DNA of 64,000 bases, taken from a bacterium. Its GTDB lineage: Bacteria; Bacteroidota; Bacteroidia; Bacteroidales; UBA3663. Position 1 is the stretch's first letter, and each line of letters opens with the position of its first letter. Under the pieces are notes generated by a model that searched no databases, had not been told where the DNA came from, and worked only from the letters and a program-made list of their open reading frames with translations. The stretch lies in assembly GCA_963624265.1 (NCBI GenBank), contig CAVFPF010000063.1, positions 17,059 through 81,058 on the forward strand, written 5' to 3'. Below are positions 8,221-19,042 of this stretch, piece after piece. The position numbers and the translations under genes are program-made.

Positions 8221-10776
8221 ATGAAAGTACAGGTTTGCAACACCAACGCCCCCGTTTGGCGTACGTTTTCCGTCAAGTCGAAGTTGCCTGCCGAACTGGT
8301 AGACCTCAAGACCGTCGCCCACAACATGTGGTGGTCGTGGGATGCCAACGCCCGCGAACTCTGGCGCCAACTGGACATAGATTTGTGGCGCAGTGTAGGT
8401 CACAACCCCGTCGCTCTACTCGAGACGATGAGCCTCGACAAGCTGAACGCCATCGCAGCCGATGAGCAACTGATGGAACGTGTGAACGACGTTGTCACCC
8501 GCTTCAAGGCTTATATGGCCGAGCCCAAAGACTCCAAGCGGCCTTCAGTAGCCTACTTCTGCATGGAGTACGGCCTCGCCTCTTGCCTGAAGATCTACTC
8601 CGGCGGTCTCGGCATCCTGGCCGGCGACTATGTAAAGGAAGCTTCGGACTCGAACATCGACTTCTGCGCTGTCGGATTCCTCTACCGCTACGGATATTTC
8701 ACACAGACGCTTTCGGCCGACGGTAGTCAAGAGGCCAACTACGAAGCTCAGAACTTCGACCTCCTTCCCATCGAAGCCGTAAAAGAAGCCGACGGTTCGC
8801 AGGTGATTCTGGCCGTTCCTTACCACGACAACCTGACCGTTTACGCCCGTGTATGGCAAGTCAACGTAGGCCGCGTCAAGCTTTACCTGCTCGACACTGA
8901 CTTCGACAAGAACTCCGAGTACGACCGCAGCATCACTCACCGTCTGTATGGCGGCGATTGGGAGAACCGCATCAAGCAGGAATATCTGCTCGGCATCGGC
9001 GGCATCTTGCTGCTCGACAAACTGGGCATCAAGCGCGACATCTACCACTGCAACGAAGGCCATGCCGCTCTGATAGCCGCCCAGCGTATGTGCGACCTCA
9101 TCGAAAAGGAAGGTCTGACCTTCCCGCAAGCTCTTGAAGTGGTGCGCAGCAGCGCCCTTTATACTTGCCACACTCCAGTTCCAGCAGGACACGACTACTT
9201 CGACGAAGGTCTCTTCAGCAAGTATATGCGTCACTTTGCCGACAAGTTGGGCATCAGCTGGGACGACCTCATGAATATGGGCCGCGAAACTCCGGGTGAG
9301 GGCAAGTTCTCTATGTCTGTATTCGCGCTCAACACATGTCAGGAAGCCAATGGCGTGTCTAAGTTGCATGGCGCTGTTAGCCGCAACATGTTCCAACCCG
9401 TTTGGAAAGGCTATGCACCCGAAGAACTCCATGTGGGTTATGTCACCAATGGCGTACACCACCCGACGTGGGCTGCCAGCGAATGGAAGAGCTTCTACAC
9501 AAAACTGTTCGGCGAGAACTACTACGCCAACCAGACTAGCAAGGCTATGTGGGAAAAAGTCTACGAAGCCGACGACGAGGAGATATGGAACATCCGCAAG
9601 ACGCTGAAGAAGAAGCTCTTCGAGTTTATCAAAGACGAAGTGGCCAACAACCTCCGCAAGAAGCAAGAGAACCCAGCCAAGATTCTGCAGGCCGTCAATG
9701 CCCTCAACCCCGACGCTTTGACCATCGGCTTCGCACGCCGTTTCGCCACTTACAAGCGCGCACACTTGCTCTTCACCGATCTGGATCGCCTGGACCGCAT
9801 CGTCAACAATCCCGACCGTCCGGTTCAGTTCATCTTCGCCGGCAAGGCGCATCCAGCTGATGGAGGCGGTCAAGGCTTGATTCGCCGCATCGTCGAAATC
9901 AGCCGCATGCCACAGTTCTTGGGCAAGGTTGTATTTGTCGAGAACTACGACATGGACATTGCCAAGCGTCTTGTATCTGGTGTCGATATCTGGATGAATA
10001 CTCCTACCCGCCCGCTTGAAGCTTCTGGCACATCTGGCGAAAAGGCCATACAGAATGGCGTCCTCAACCTGTCTGTGTTGGACGGCTGGTGGTACGAAGG
10101 CTACAAAGAGGGTGCCGGTTGGGCATTGACCGACAAACGCACCTTCCAGAACCAGTCTCTTCAGGACCAACTCGACGCCGAAACCATCTACACAATGCTC
10201 GAGACAGAGATTGTACCGCTCTACTTCGCACGCAACCGCAAGGGATATTCATCCGACTGGGTAAGGTGCATCAAGGATTGTTTGGCCAAGATTACTCCCG
10301 ACTTCACTATGAAACGCCAACTCGACGACTACTATGACCGCTTCTACAACAAGGAAGCTGCCCGTGCCAAGCGTCTTGTGGCCAACGATTACAAGCTGGC
10401 CAAGGAACTTGCAGCATGGAAGGAGAAAGTGGCCGAGAATTGGGATAAAGTGGAAGTCAAGAGCACTGAAATCTCAAAGAACCTCAACGATATAATGACC
10501 GTAGGCGACGCCAACCAGGCTACCGTAGTCATCGATGGCCACGACATTGCCGACAGCATCGGCGTGGATCTCGTAATGTGCAAGGCTGGTGACGGTGCTA
10601 CACACGACTATACAGCCTACGAAATGGAGGTCACCAAGCGTGAAGGTTCGCTGGTCACTTTCCAGATTTGCAGTCCAATCAAGTGTGCCGGAGCTTACCG
10701 AATCAGTTTCCGTATGTTCCCCAAGAACGAAGAACTGCCCCACCGCATGGACTTCGCCTACACACGCTGGTTCTAA
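8221..10776 (+). CDS. glgP: Alpha-glucan phosphorylase (GT35, GlgP family)
   Basis: The 851-aa ORF has NMWWSWD, GGLGILAGD and TRPLEASGTSGEKA (pyridoxal-phosphate Lys region). It is adjacent to the glycogen synthase gene. Confidence 0.9.
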   Translation: MKVQVCNTNAPVWRTFSVKSKLPAELVDLKTVAHNMWWSWDANARELWRQLDIDLWRSVGHNPVALLETMSLDKLNAIAADEQLMERVNDVVTRFKAYMAEPKDSKRPSVAYFCMEYGLASCLKIYSGGLGILAGDYVKEASDSNIDFCAVGFLYRYGYFTQTLSADGSQEANYEAQNFDLLPIEAVKEADGSQVILAVPYHDNLTVYARVWQVNVGRVKLYLLDTDFDKNSEYDRSITHRLYGGDWENRIKQEYLLGIGGILLLDKLGIKRDIYHCNEGHAALIAAQRMCDLIEKEGLTFPQALEVVRSSALYTCHTPVPAGHDYFDEGLFSKYMRHFADKLGISWDDLMNMGRETPGEGKFSMSVFALNTCQEANGVSKLHGAVSRNMFQPVWKGYAPEELHVGYVTNGVHHPTWAASEWKSFYTKLFGENYYANQTSKAMWEKVYEADDEEIWNIRKTLKKKLFEFIKDEVANNLRKKQENPAKILQAVNALNPDALTIGFARRFATYKRAHLLFTDLDRLDRIVNNPDRPVQFIFAGKAHPADGGGQGLIRRIVEISRMPQFLGKVVFVENYDMDIAKRLVSGVDIWMNTPTRPLEASGTSGEKAIQNGVLNLSVLDGWWYEGYKEGAGWALTDKRTFQNQSLQDQLDAETIYTMLETEIVPLYFARNRKGYSSDWVRCIKDCLAKITPDFTMKRQLDDYYDRFYNKEAARAKRLVANDYKLAKELAAWKEKVAENWDKVEVKSTEISKNLNDIMTVGDANQATVVIDGHDIADSIGVDLVMCKAGDGATHDYTAYEMEVTKREGSLVTFQICSPIKCAGAYRISFRMFPKNEELPHRMDFAYTRWF

Positions 10777-10802
10777 TCCGACAACCATTAAGTAAGTATT
10801 AT

Positions 10803-10839
10803 GAAGACGGCTTTCCCCAAGGAGAGTCGTCTTCTTTTT
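10803..10839 (+). terminator. Rho-independent terminator of glgP
   Basis: gaagacggctttcc / ggagagtcgtcttc forms a 14-bp stem that includes two G-U pairs, with loop ccaa, followed by ttttt. Confidence 0.7.
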
Positions 10840-10870
10840 GTCGATACACTTATCAAGACTATTTCGGACC

Positions 10871-10918
10871 AAAAGAAAAGGATGCCTTGCAGAGGCAAGC
10901 GCCATTCTGCAAGGCATC
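10871..10918 (-). terminator. Rho-independent terminator of mdh
   Basis: A perfect 12-bp stem (gatgccttgcag / ctgcaaggcatc) is followed on the minus strand by cttttctttt. Confidence 0.65.
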
Positions 10919-10978
10919 ATACGACTAAGGCAAGCCGCGAGAAGAGCGAATCTTGCCCCGTCTAAATCAATGAATATG

Positions 10979-11977
10979 TCAGAGATTTGGGTTGACCTTG
11001 CTCCACTCGCTGACAGGAGGAACAATATTCAGGTCAACGAGTTCGTCGCGCATCTTACAGAGATGTGCATACGAAGCGTCAAGGCTTGCCAGCTCCTCAG
11101 GAGTACCGACAGGAACTGTATAAGTACAACCACGCTCATCCATAGTGGTGTTCATAGCCATCATGATATGATTGTACTTTTCATCGTGGCAGTATGTGCC
11201 GGCAGGCCAACGGAATGGTTCTCCGCCCATCACGCTGCGAATCATCTCGACGGAGCAGTAGCTCGGGCTTTGGAACGAGCTACGGCCACGCAGTTCGATA
11301 ATCTTTGCACCGCCCTTGATAACAGCTTCCTTCATGGCATTCCACTCTTCCTTGGGGAACTCAGCAGTGCCGATGATGTCTGACAATACACGTCCGCCTA
11401 TCTTGACCTGGCTACCAAAGACAGCCATCTGTTCACCATGACCGCCGAAGGTACGGCAACCTTCGATGCTTGACTGGAGCACTCCGAACTTCTGAGCCAA
11501 AGCAGACTGCAGACGAGTAGAGTCGAGGGCCGCCAATGTGGTCACTTGGCTTGGCTTCAAACCGGAATACAGCAAGGCAACAAGACCTGTAAGATCTGCA
11601 GGGTTGAAGATGATGACTACATGCTTTACATCAGGGCAATAAGTTTTGATATTCTCACCGAGAGAGCGTGCAATCTCGCAGTTGCCTTTCAACAAGTCCT
11701 CACGCGTCATGCCGGCCTTACGGGGAGCACCGCCTGAAGAAATGATATATTTTGCACCTTCGAAAGCCTCCTTCACATCAGTGGTGGCAATCACGTTGGC
11801 GCCATCGAAACCACAGTGACGGATTTCTTCGGCCACGCCTTCCAGACCGGGAGCATAAACGTCATAAAGACAGATGTTCGGGGTAAGCTTCATGGTCAGA
11901 GCTGTCTGCACCATGTTAGATCCGATCATGCCGGCTGCACCGACAATCACGAGCTTGTCATTTGTCAAATAAGCCAT
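10979..11977 (-). CDS. mdh: Malate dehydrogenase (LDH-like, NAD-dependent)
   Basis: The 332-aa ORF has VGAAGMIGSNM as its Rossmann motif, and its length and sequence are typical of Bacteroidetes Mdh. Confidence 0.9.
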   Translation of the reverse strand: MAYLTNDKLVIVGAAGMIGSNMVQTALTMKLTPNICLYDVYAPGLEGVAEEIRHCGFDGANVIATTDVKEAFEGAKYIISSGGAPRKAGMTREDLLKGNCEIARSLGENIKTYCPDVKHVVIIFNPADLTGLVALLYSGLKPSQVTTLAALDSTRLQSALAQKFGVLQSSIEGCRTFGGHGEQMAVFGSQVKIGGRVLSDIIGTAEFPKEEWNAMKEAVIKGGAKIIELRGRSSFQSPSYCSVEMIRSVMGGEPFRWPAGTYCHDEKYNHIMMAMNTTMDERGCTYTVPVGTPEELASLDASYAHLCKMRDELVDLNIVPPVSEWSKVNPNL

Positions 11978-12111
11978 AATATTTAGGTTTTAAAGTTTTA
12001 TGTACAAGTATGAAAGCATTTCTTCGCAAGGCTTCGGCGTCTGTTCACCAACCGCCCGTATCCTGATAGACAAAGGTCCGCCAGAATGTGATTCCTTCTG
12101 ACCTGTCATGA

Positions 12112-12119
12112 CAAAGGTA
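12112..12119 (-). promoter_or_regulatory. Candidate -7 box TACCTTTG for mdh
   Basis: The plus strand reads caaaggta, about 135 nt upstream of the mdh ATG. Confidence 0.35.
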
Positions 12120-12250
12120 GACAGATTATTTCGATATTTATGCAAAAAGGAAAGAATATTTGACGTTCCCCGCCCAATATACTTTCCTTTTCCATGTGGT
12201 TGACAAATACATTTTGCATTTTTTCCGACCTTAGTCTGACAGCAAACGGC

Positions 12251-13330
12251 TCACTTTGAGGCATTGATATTGATGATGACGCGCGAGTTGCCAGGGTCGT
12301 TGCTGATGAGCATAATATGATGGGACAGCTGACGCAGCGTAGTCGCAGACGGAACAAATGTGATTTTCAAGTCAGCGCTTTGTCCTGCTTTAATGACTGC
12401 ACTCTGCAACTCTACCTTAAAAGTCTCCGGCAAGTCGTTGCTTACCTTGCGAATGGTAAGCTTCTGCTTGCCCGTATTGCGAATCGTGATAACCTTCTCT
12501 ACGGCACTTCCACCAGGAGACGACATCTCGACCTGTGTGGCGCTGAGTTCTATCTCTCCTGCCTGCTCACGCTCCTTATGAGAAAGGCCGGAGAAGTCCT
12601 CCCAAATGTCGGCAGTGATAGTGACAACGTTATTGTGCATCTGCGCTTCCTTACCTTTGACGTATACCTTAAAGGTCTCGTTGTGCAATCCCCAATCCTT
12701 GGCTTTGTTCGTAAGGAACGTAACAAGCACCTTTCCCTCTTCGCCGGGCGGTATGACGCTGGGTTCGGGCTGGAGGGCGATATTCTTCGATACGCCTTGG
12801 AATGTCAGTTCGACGGGCACGTCGCTGTCGTTATAGAATTGTAGTGTACGCGTGCGGTTGTTCTTGTTGGGATAGACATCGAAGAAGTTCATCGTACGGG
12901 TCTTGCTACGCAGTCCGGCTCCCATCTCATTGACGTAAGTATCTTCCGGCTTGGTGTTGTTGACCACCGTACCCATGATAGTGACCTGCGTCCGCACATC
13001 CGTATTGTCGTAAATTTTTACCGTTTTCTGAAATGGACCCGGCCGACCCTTAGCATGATAGGTAACGCTGATGACCCCGCTCTCACCGGGACGTATGGGC
13101 TTCTTGGTGTATTCGGGGACGGTACAACCGCAACTGGATGCAGCGCGTGTGATGAGGAGTGGAGTGTCGCCTGTATTTGTAAACGAGAACTCGGCCGTCA
13201 CATCGCCATCCGACTCCTGGATGATGCCAAAGTCGTGTGTGGTCTTATCGAGTGTAAGCCGGGCTTCGGCCATACAGACATTGACTGGCAACATCAGCAA
13301 GAGAACGGACTGGAAGATACGTTTCATCAT
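12251..13330 (-). CDS. Secreted DUF1573 domain protein
   Basis: There is a signal peptide (MMKRIFQSVLLLMLPVNVCMA), the DUF1573 hallmark AASSCGCTVPEY, and a repeated Ig-like architecture. Confidence 0.75.
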   Translation of the reverse strand: MMKRIFQSVLLLMLPVNVCMAEARLTLDKTTHDFGIIQESDGDVTAEFSFTNTGDTPLLITRAASSCGCTVPEYTKKPIRPGESGVISVTYHAKGRPGPFQKTVKIYDNTDVRTQVTIMGTVVNNTKPEDTYVNEMGAGLRSKTRTMNFFDVYPNKNNRTRTLQFYNDSDVPVELTFQGVSKNIALQPEPSVIPPGEEGKVLVTFLTNKAKDWGLHNETFKVYVKGKEAQMHNNVVTITADIWEDFSGLSHKEREQAGEIELSATQVEMSSPGGSAVEKVITIRNTGKQKLTIRKVSNDLPETFKVELQSAVIKAGQSADLKITFVPSATTLRQLSHHIMLISNDPGNSRVIININASK

Positions 13331-13360
13331 ATGTCGGACCTTTCGATATAAGAATGTTGC

Positions 13361-15976
13361 TTATTTCTTGACAGCATCGAGAATCTGCTGCACAGCGACT
13401 GACAAGCCATCGAGGTTTTTGCCTCCGGCCTGAGCAAAATGCGGTTGGCCACCGCCGCCGCCTTGTATCAATGCAGCAGCCCCTTTCACAAGGTCAGAAG
13501 CGCTATAGCCTGCAGCTTTTGCTTCATCGCCGAGAGCTACAGTGAGCATCGGCCTACCCTGGAATACCGTGCCGCCCACGAAGATGACAGCCGGGTTCTC
13601 CATACGCATCTGGAAGGCTATGGCCTTGACATCACCCGGTTCGGCAGGTCCTTCGTAACGTACGACCTTAAAGCCATTCACATCACTAGCCTTGTCAAGC
13701 AACATCTTCTTGATCTGCTGGGCTTTTTCCTGCTTGAAATCCTCAATCTGCTTCTTGAGCTGGGTGTCCTCATCGACAAGACGATGAATGGACTGAAGCA
13801 AGTTGGGCGTGTTATTGAACAACTCTCTGAGGCTCTTTACAAGATCTTGCTGAGTGTCCAAAATCTCTTCTACAGCCTGGCCCGTGACAGCTTCGATACG
13901 ACGCACACCGGCAGCCACCGAACTTTCGCTCAAGATACGGATCATGCCGATACGGCCCGTATTGGACACATGACAACCGCCGCAGAGTTCGACACTTGGA
14001 CCGAACTTGACTACGCGCACTTCGTCTCCATACTTCTCACCGAAGAGGGCAATGGCGCCCAGTTCACGAGCCTGCTTGATAGGCATGTTGCGGTGTTCCT
14101 CCAACGGAATGGCCTGACGTACCATCTTGTTGGCCAAATGCTCAACTTGACGCAATTCGTCATCAGTCACCTTCTGGAAGTGACTGAAATCGAAACGCAG
14201 CGAACCGGCGGTCACCAACGAGCCTTTCTGCTCGACATGTGTGCCGAGCACAGCACGGAGGCAGTAGTCGAGTATATGCGTGGCCGAGTGGTTGCACTCT
14301 ATCGCATTACGGAGGTCGCTATCCACCTTGGCTACTACAGGCAGAGAGATGTCGTGAGGCAAAGACTCCACGATGTGGACAGCCAAATTGTTCTCGCGCT
14401 TGGTATCAACCACATGGATGGTCTCATCGCCAAAGGTAAGCGTACCCTTATCTCCGACCTGGCCGCCCATCTCGCCATAGAACGGCGTCTTGGCAAGTAC
14501 AATCTGATAGAACGCTTTGTTCTTCTGTTTGATACTGCGATAACGCAGCACCTCTGTTTCGGTCTCCAGGACATCATAGCCCACAAACTCCGTGGTGCCC
14601 GGATGGAGCTCCATCCAGTCTCCGTTCTCTACTGCGGCAGCATTACGTGCACGCTCCTTCTGAGCCTGCATATTGACATTAAACCCTTCTTCGTCTATAG
14701 TCAGGCCATTCTCGCGGGCAATAAGTTCCGTAAGGTCGAGCGGGAAGCCATAGGTGTCAAATAGGGTAAATGCCTCCTTGCCGTCGATGATCGTCTTTCC
14801 TGCGGCTTTGGTCTCGCTCATGATATTACCGAGCAGGCGGATACCGCCGGCAAGAGTGCGAAGGAAGCTGTCTTCCTCTTCTTTGATGACGCGTACGATC
14901 AGTTCGTTCTGAGCCTTGAGTTCCGGATAGGCATTGCCCATTGTCTCGATGAGCACTGGGAGAAGTTTGTAAAGGAAGGCTTCCTTCTGCCCGAGATACG
15001 TGTAGGCATAACGGACAGCACGGCGCAAGATACGGCGAATCACATAGCCTGCTTTGGCATTGCCCGGCAACTGTCCGTCGGTAATAGCGAAGGCAATGGT
15101 ACGGATATGGTCGGCTATGACACGCATGGCGATGTCGGTCTGCTCGTTCTGTCCGTAGATCTTACCGCTCAAGGCACCGATGGTCTGAATGATGGGCTGG
15201 AAGATGTCCGTATCGTAGTTGGAGGTCTTTTGCTGCATTGTGCGCACCAGACGTTCGAAGCCCATACCCGTGTCTATCACATGTGCCGGCAACTTCTCTA
15301 GGCTGCCATTAGCCATACGGTTGTACTGCATAAACACGAGATTCCAGATTTCGATAACCTGCGGATGGTCTCTGTTGACCAAATCGCGGCCCGGAGTCTG
15401 TGCCTTTTCCTCTGCGCTACGGCTATCATAATGTATCTCCGAACAAGGACCGCACGGACCCGTATCACCCATTTCCCAGAAGTTATCGTGCTTATTGCCG
15501 TTCAGGATATGGTCCTTCGGCAAGAATCTCTCCCAAATGGCAGCAGCTTCATTATCGCGGTCGAGGCCTTCTTCTTTGGAGCCCTCGAATACGGTAGCAT
15601 ACATATTGGCAGGGTCAAGATGCAGTTGGTCAACAAGGTATTCCCACGCCCAACTGATGGCCTCTTCCTTGAAGTAGTCTCCAAAAGACCAGTTGCCCAA
15701 CATCTCGAACATAGTGTGATGGTAGGTATCATGTCCGACCTCCTCCAGATCATTGTGTTTGCCAGACACGCGCAGACACTTCTGGCTATCGGCAGCACGG
15801 CTGAATTTCTTCTCCACATTGCCCAAGATGATGTCCTTAAACTGGTTCATGCCGGCATTGGTGAACATCAAAGTCGGGTCTCCCTTCAAGACCATTGGAG
15901 CGGAAGGGACAATCGTACAGCCCTTCGATGCAAAGAACTTCAAGAAGCTCTCGCGGATTTCATTAGCAGTCATCAT
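13361..15976 (-). CDS. alaS: Alanine--tRNA ligase
   Basis: The N-terminus [29 protein letters not shown] begins at the ATGATG at 15976. The extra 95 codons in the track ORF (to 16261) are AT-rich and not AlaS-like. The editing and C-terminal domains are present. Confidence 0.92.
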   Translation of the reverse strand: MMTANEIRESFLKFFASKGCTIVPSAPMVLKGDPTLMFTNAGMNQFKDIILGNVEKKFSRAADSQKCLRVSGKHNDLEEVGHDTYHHTMFEMLGNWSFGDYFKEEAISWAWEYLVDQLHLDPANMYATVFEGSKEEGLDRDNEAAAIWERFLPKDHILNGNKHDNFWEMGDTGPCGPCSEIHYDSRSAEEKAQTPGRDLVNRDHPQVIEIWNLVFMQYNRMANGSLEKLPAHVIDTGMGFERLVRTMQQKTSNYDTDIFQPIIQTIGALSGKIYGQNEQTDIAMRVIADHIRTIAFAITDGQLPGNAKAGYVIRRILRRAVRYAYTYLGQKEAFLYKLLPVLIETMGNAYPELKAQNELIVRVIKEEEDSFLRTLAGGIRLLGNIMSETKAAGKTIIDGKEAFTLFDTYGFPLDLTELIARENGLTIDEEGFNVNMQAQKERARNAAAVENGDWMELHPGTTEFVGYDVLETETEVLRYRSIKQKNKAFYQIVLAKTPFYGEMGGQVGDKGTLTFGDETIHVVDTKRENNLAVHIVESLPHDISLPVVAKVDSDLRNAIECNHSATHILDYCLRAVLGTHVEQKGSLVTAGSLRFDFSHFQKVTDDELRQVEHLANKMVRQAIPLEEHRNMPIKQARELGAIALFGEKYGDEVRVVKFGPSVELCGGCHVSNTGRIGMIRILSESSVAAGVRRIEAVTGQAVEEILDTQQDLVKSLRELFNNTPNLLQSIHRLVDEDTQLKKQIEDFKQEKAQQIKKMLLDKASDVNGFKVVRYEGPAEPGDVKAIAFQMRMENPAVIFVGGTVFQGRPMLTVALGDEAKAAGYSASDLVKGAAALIQGGGGGQPHFAQAGGKNLDGLSVAVQQILDAVKK

Positions 15977-16071
15977 AAGTATTTTTGTCTTTTTGTTTTT
16001 ATTGTCGTTTTTATGTTTTAGCCCGCATATAATCCAGGTTGTGCACACAAAGTATATAAATGTCGTGCGCA

Positions 16072-16079
16072 CAAAGTTA
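16072..16079 (-). promoter_or_regulatory. Candidate -7 box TAACTTTG for alaS, inside a tandemly duplicated 24-bp segment
   Basis: The plus strand reads caaagtta. The near-identical segments gtgcacacaaagtatataaat (from 16041) and gtgcgcacaaagttatataaat (from 16065) are adjacent. Confidence 0.35.
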
Positions 16080-16495
16080 TATAAATAATGTGTACATCGG
16101 CACTTTTTACGAGTAAAAAATGTGCGACCACCCTCGTTTTCCTCTTTCATGCATTGTGCAGTGGTCAAAACATGACTATTGGCAAAACGCGCACACGCAC
16201 TGGAATATATCAAGCAAAACTGCCAAGATGACAGATATTTGTCATTTACACATATCATCATATGGTTTTACTCTATCAAAAGGAGTCTACTCAGCCCCAT
16301 TTTGGTTGCATTCTGGAGCTATTACATATGTTTTGTGTGTTATTTTGCCAATAGATATAGATATAATTGTGATATTTTGTTCGCTGATTGACATATTCTG
16401 TTTTCATATTGATATGTTTTTGACGTTAATTAAAGATTTTTGGTCGTTTTACGAAAAAAGTTGTAAAAATATTTGGTCAGTTCATAAATTGCCCA

Positions 16496-16503
16496 TATAT
16501 TTG
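16496..16503 (+). promoter_or_regulatory. Candidate -7 box TATATTTG for glnA
   Basis: catatatttgcac implies a leader of roughly 145 nt before the ATG at 16654. Confidence 0.4.
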
Positions 16504-16653
16504 CACCGTCAAAAGTAAAAATGCAGACGACAAAGCAAATGGAAAGATAAGAAAACACCTTTCTAGTTTATCAAAATGCCACGTCATCAAACTTTAGACG
16601 AGAAAAAAGATATTAATATAAGAGCTATTTATAAATTCTAAAAGCAAGAACTT

Positions 16654-18840
16654 ATGAGCCAGTTAAGATTTGATGCCATCGAGAAGGCTTTTCAGAAAAA
16701 AGCCGTCGATGTGGAAGTTCCTTCGACAAGACCGTCAGAGTATTTCGGAGAACTTGTGTTCAATCGTGAGAAAATGCAGAAGTACCTGGACGCGAAGACG
16801 CTCCACACTCTGCTTGACTGTATCGACAACGGCAAACATTTGGACCGCAATGTTGCAGACGGTGTTGCTGCCGGCATGAAACAGTGGGCCATGGAGCATG
16901 GTGTAACACACTGCTGCCACTGGTTCCAGCCCTTGACCGAAACCACAGCCGAGAAGCATGACTCGTTTATGGAATACGACTGGAAGGGCGGTATGATTGA
17001 GGAGTTCGAGGGCAAAAGTCTTGTACAGCAGGAACCCGATGCATCTAGTTTCCCGTCAGGAGGCATCCGTGCCACCTTCGAAGCTCGCGGCTACACAGCC
17101 TGGGACCCGACAAGCCCGGTCTTCATCCTCGACGACTGTCTGTGCATCCCTACAGTATTCATCTCTTATACTGGCGAGTCGCTCGACTACAAGGCTCCGC
17201 TCAAAAAATCCTTGAAGGCCGTCAACGATGCTTCCGTACCTGTGTGTCAACTTTTTGACAAGAATGTGACTAAAGTACAGGCCAACCTCGGTTGGGAGCA
17301 GGAGTATTTCCTGGTCGACGACAACCTATACAGTGCCCGACCGGATCTGATTGCTACTGGCCGCACGCTGCTGGGCCACGCTTCGAGCAAGAACCAGCAG
17401 ATGGACGACCACTACTTCGGACAGATTCCTAGCCGCGTACAGGCCTTTATGAAGGACCTCGAGATTATCGGTCTCCGTTTGGGCATCCCGATGAAGACGC
17501 GTCACAACGAGGTCGCTCCTAACCAGTTTGAATTTGCCCCAATCTTCGGCGAGTGCAGTCTGGCCGTCGACCAGAACATGCTCATCATGGGTGTCATGAA
17601 GCGCGTGGCCCGCAAGCACGGATTCCGTGTGCTCCTGCACGAAAAACCATTTGAGGGCATCAACGGTTCCGGCAAGCACAACAACTGGAGCTTGAGCACC
17701 AATACTGGTGTCATCCTCTTCGCCCCAGGCCGCGACCCGATGAGCAACCTGCAGTTTGTCACTTTCTTTGTCAATACGCTCGAAGCACTCCGCCGCCACG
17801 GCGCTCTGCTCAAGGCCTCCATCGCCACAGCCACCAATGCCCACCGTCTGGGCGCCAACGAAGCACCTCCGGCCATTATCTCTGCCTTCCTGGGCAAAAC
17901 GATGACAGACGTACTCCGCAAACTGCTGACAGTATCTGACGACACGGATATCGTCATCGCAGGCAAGCATGCCTATGACCTCGGACTCGTCGAGATACCG
18001 GAAATCTTCATTGACAACACCGACCGCAACCGCACGTCGCCTTTTGCCTTCACCGGCAACCGCTTCGAGTTCCGTGCCGTCGGCTCGAAGGCCAACTGCG
18101 CTTCCGGTATGATTACGCTCAACACGATGGTAGCCGAACAATTGACTGACTTCAAGGCGCAGGTTGACACAGAACTGGCCACAGGCGCCACCGTACAGGT
18201 CGCCGTCATGCGGACACTGAAGCCTATCATTGCTCGCATCATCGACACCGTCTGCTTCGACGGCAACGGTTACGCTGATTCCTGGCCGAAGGAAGCCCAG
18301 AAGCGCGGTCTGGACATCGAACGTTGCGTACCGAAGATGTTCCTGGAGAATGTCAAGCCCGATGCCATTGCTATGTTCGAGAACATGGGCGTGTACACCC
18401 GTTCCGAGCTGCATGCCCGCAACGAGGTGAAGTTTGAAACTTACATCAAGCTCGTACAGATTGAAGCCCGTGTGCTCGGCGACCTGGCCATCAACCACAT
18501 CATCCCTGCAGCCATCACCTATCAGTCCACGCTGCTCAAGAATGTGGCCATGGTAAAGAGCCTCTTCCCGACCGAATGGGAAAACCTCTCTTCGTCAGAA
18601 GTCGCCCTTATCAAAAAGATTGCCGCCTACAATGCAGACATCAAGACGAAAGTCGATGCTATGGTAGACAAGCGCAAGATAGCCAACCGCATCGAAGACA
18701 TCTACGAAAAGGCTATGGCCTACTACGAGATTGCCGAATCGTTTGCCGCCATCCGCCGTCCTATCGACAAACTCGAGGAAATCGTCGACGACAACATTTG
18801 GCCAATGCCGAAATATCGCGAACTCCTCTGGATTCGATAA
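16654..18840 (+). CDS. glnA: Glutamine synthetase, type III
   Basis: The 728-aa length is characteristic of GSIII. The ORF has NEVAPNQFEFAP and KPFEGINGSGKHNNWS catalytic-region motifs. Confidence 0.9.
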   Translation: MSQLRFDAIEKAFQKKAVDVEVPSTRPSEYFGELVFNREKMQKYLDAKTLHTLLDCIDNGKHLDRNVADGVAAGMKQWAMEHGVTHCCHWFQPLTETTAEKHDSFMEYDWKGGMIEEFEGKSLVQQEPDASSFPSGGIRATFEARGYTAWDPTSPVFILDDCLCIPTVFISYTGESLDYKAPLKKSLKAVNDASVPVCQLFDKNVTKVQANLGWEQEYFLVDDNLYSARPDLIATGRTLLGHASSKNQQMDDHYFGQIPSRVQAFMKDLEIIGLRLGIPMKTRHNEVAPNQFEFAPIFGECSLAVDQNMLIMGVMKRVARKHGFRVLLHEKPFEGINGSGKHNNWSLSTNTGVILFAPGRDPMSNLQFVTFFVNTLEALRRHGALLKASIATATNAHRLGANEAPPAIISAFLGKTMTDVLRKLLTVSDDTDIVIAGKHAYDLGLVEIPEIFIDNTDRNRTSPFAFTGNRFEFRAVGSKANCASGMITLNTMVAEQLTDFKAQVDTELATGATVQVAVMRTLKPIIARIIDTVCFDGNGYADSWPKEAQKRGLDIERCVPKMFLENVKPDAIAMFENMGVYTRSELHARNEVKFETYIKLVQIEARVLGDLAINHIIPAAITYQSTLLKNVAMVKSLFPTEWENLSSSEVALIKKIAAYNADIKTKVDAMVDKRKIANRIEDIYEKAMAYYEIAESFAAIRRPIDKLEEIVDDNIWPMPKYRELLWIR

Positions 18841-18900
18841 GCCCGTTCACGCCTTCAACAGGACAAGTCGAGTTCCTGTCTCTCGGACAGGAGATTCATA

Positions 18901-18948
18901 ATAAAGACAAAGCAGGCTCCATTGGGTTGGAGTCTGCTTTGTCTTTAT
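18901..18948 (+). terminator. Long hairpin terminator after glnA
   Basis: ataaagacaaagcaggctcc pairs with ggagtctgctttgtctttat (20 bp, one G-U pair), with loop attgggtt. The right arm is duplicated at 18991-19016. Confidence 0.55.
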
Positions 18949-19042
18949 TGCCTTCGACGTTCCAGAATCGCTGACCATCACTCCAACGATTTGGAGTCTG
19001 CTTTGTCTTTATTGCCTCAATTTTATAACCGAAAGTCCGGAA

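Noticed and set aside
8545-10170. A 541-aa ORF on the minus strand, fully inside glgP.
   Set aside because: It is antisense to a gene with unmistakable phosphorylase motifs. The product has no recognisable motifs and has the skewed composition typical of a stop-free antisense frame of a codon-biased gene.
13439-14764. A 441-aa plus-strand ORF inside alaS. Similar cases occur at 17326-18498 (glnA), 3806-4933, 27210-28262, 34086-34937, 45315-46235, 59954-60718 and 31-756.
   Set aside because: All of them lie opposite or out of frame to genes with strong family signatures, and none shows a motif of its own. I treated them as shadow ORFs.
16120-16518. A 132-aa ORF in the alaS-glnA intergenic region. 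The related 5' extension of the alaS ORF up to 16261 belongs here too.
   Set aside because: The sequence is AT-rich and low-complexity and overlaps promoter-like boxes. The AlaS homology begins only at the Met at 15976.
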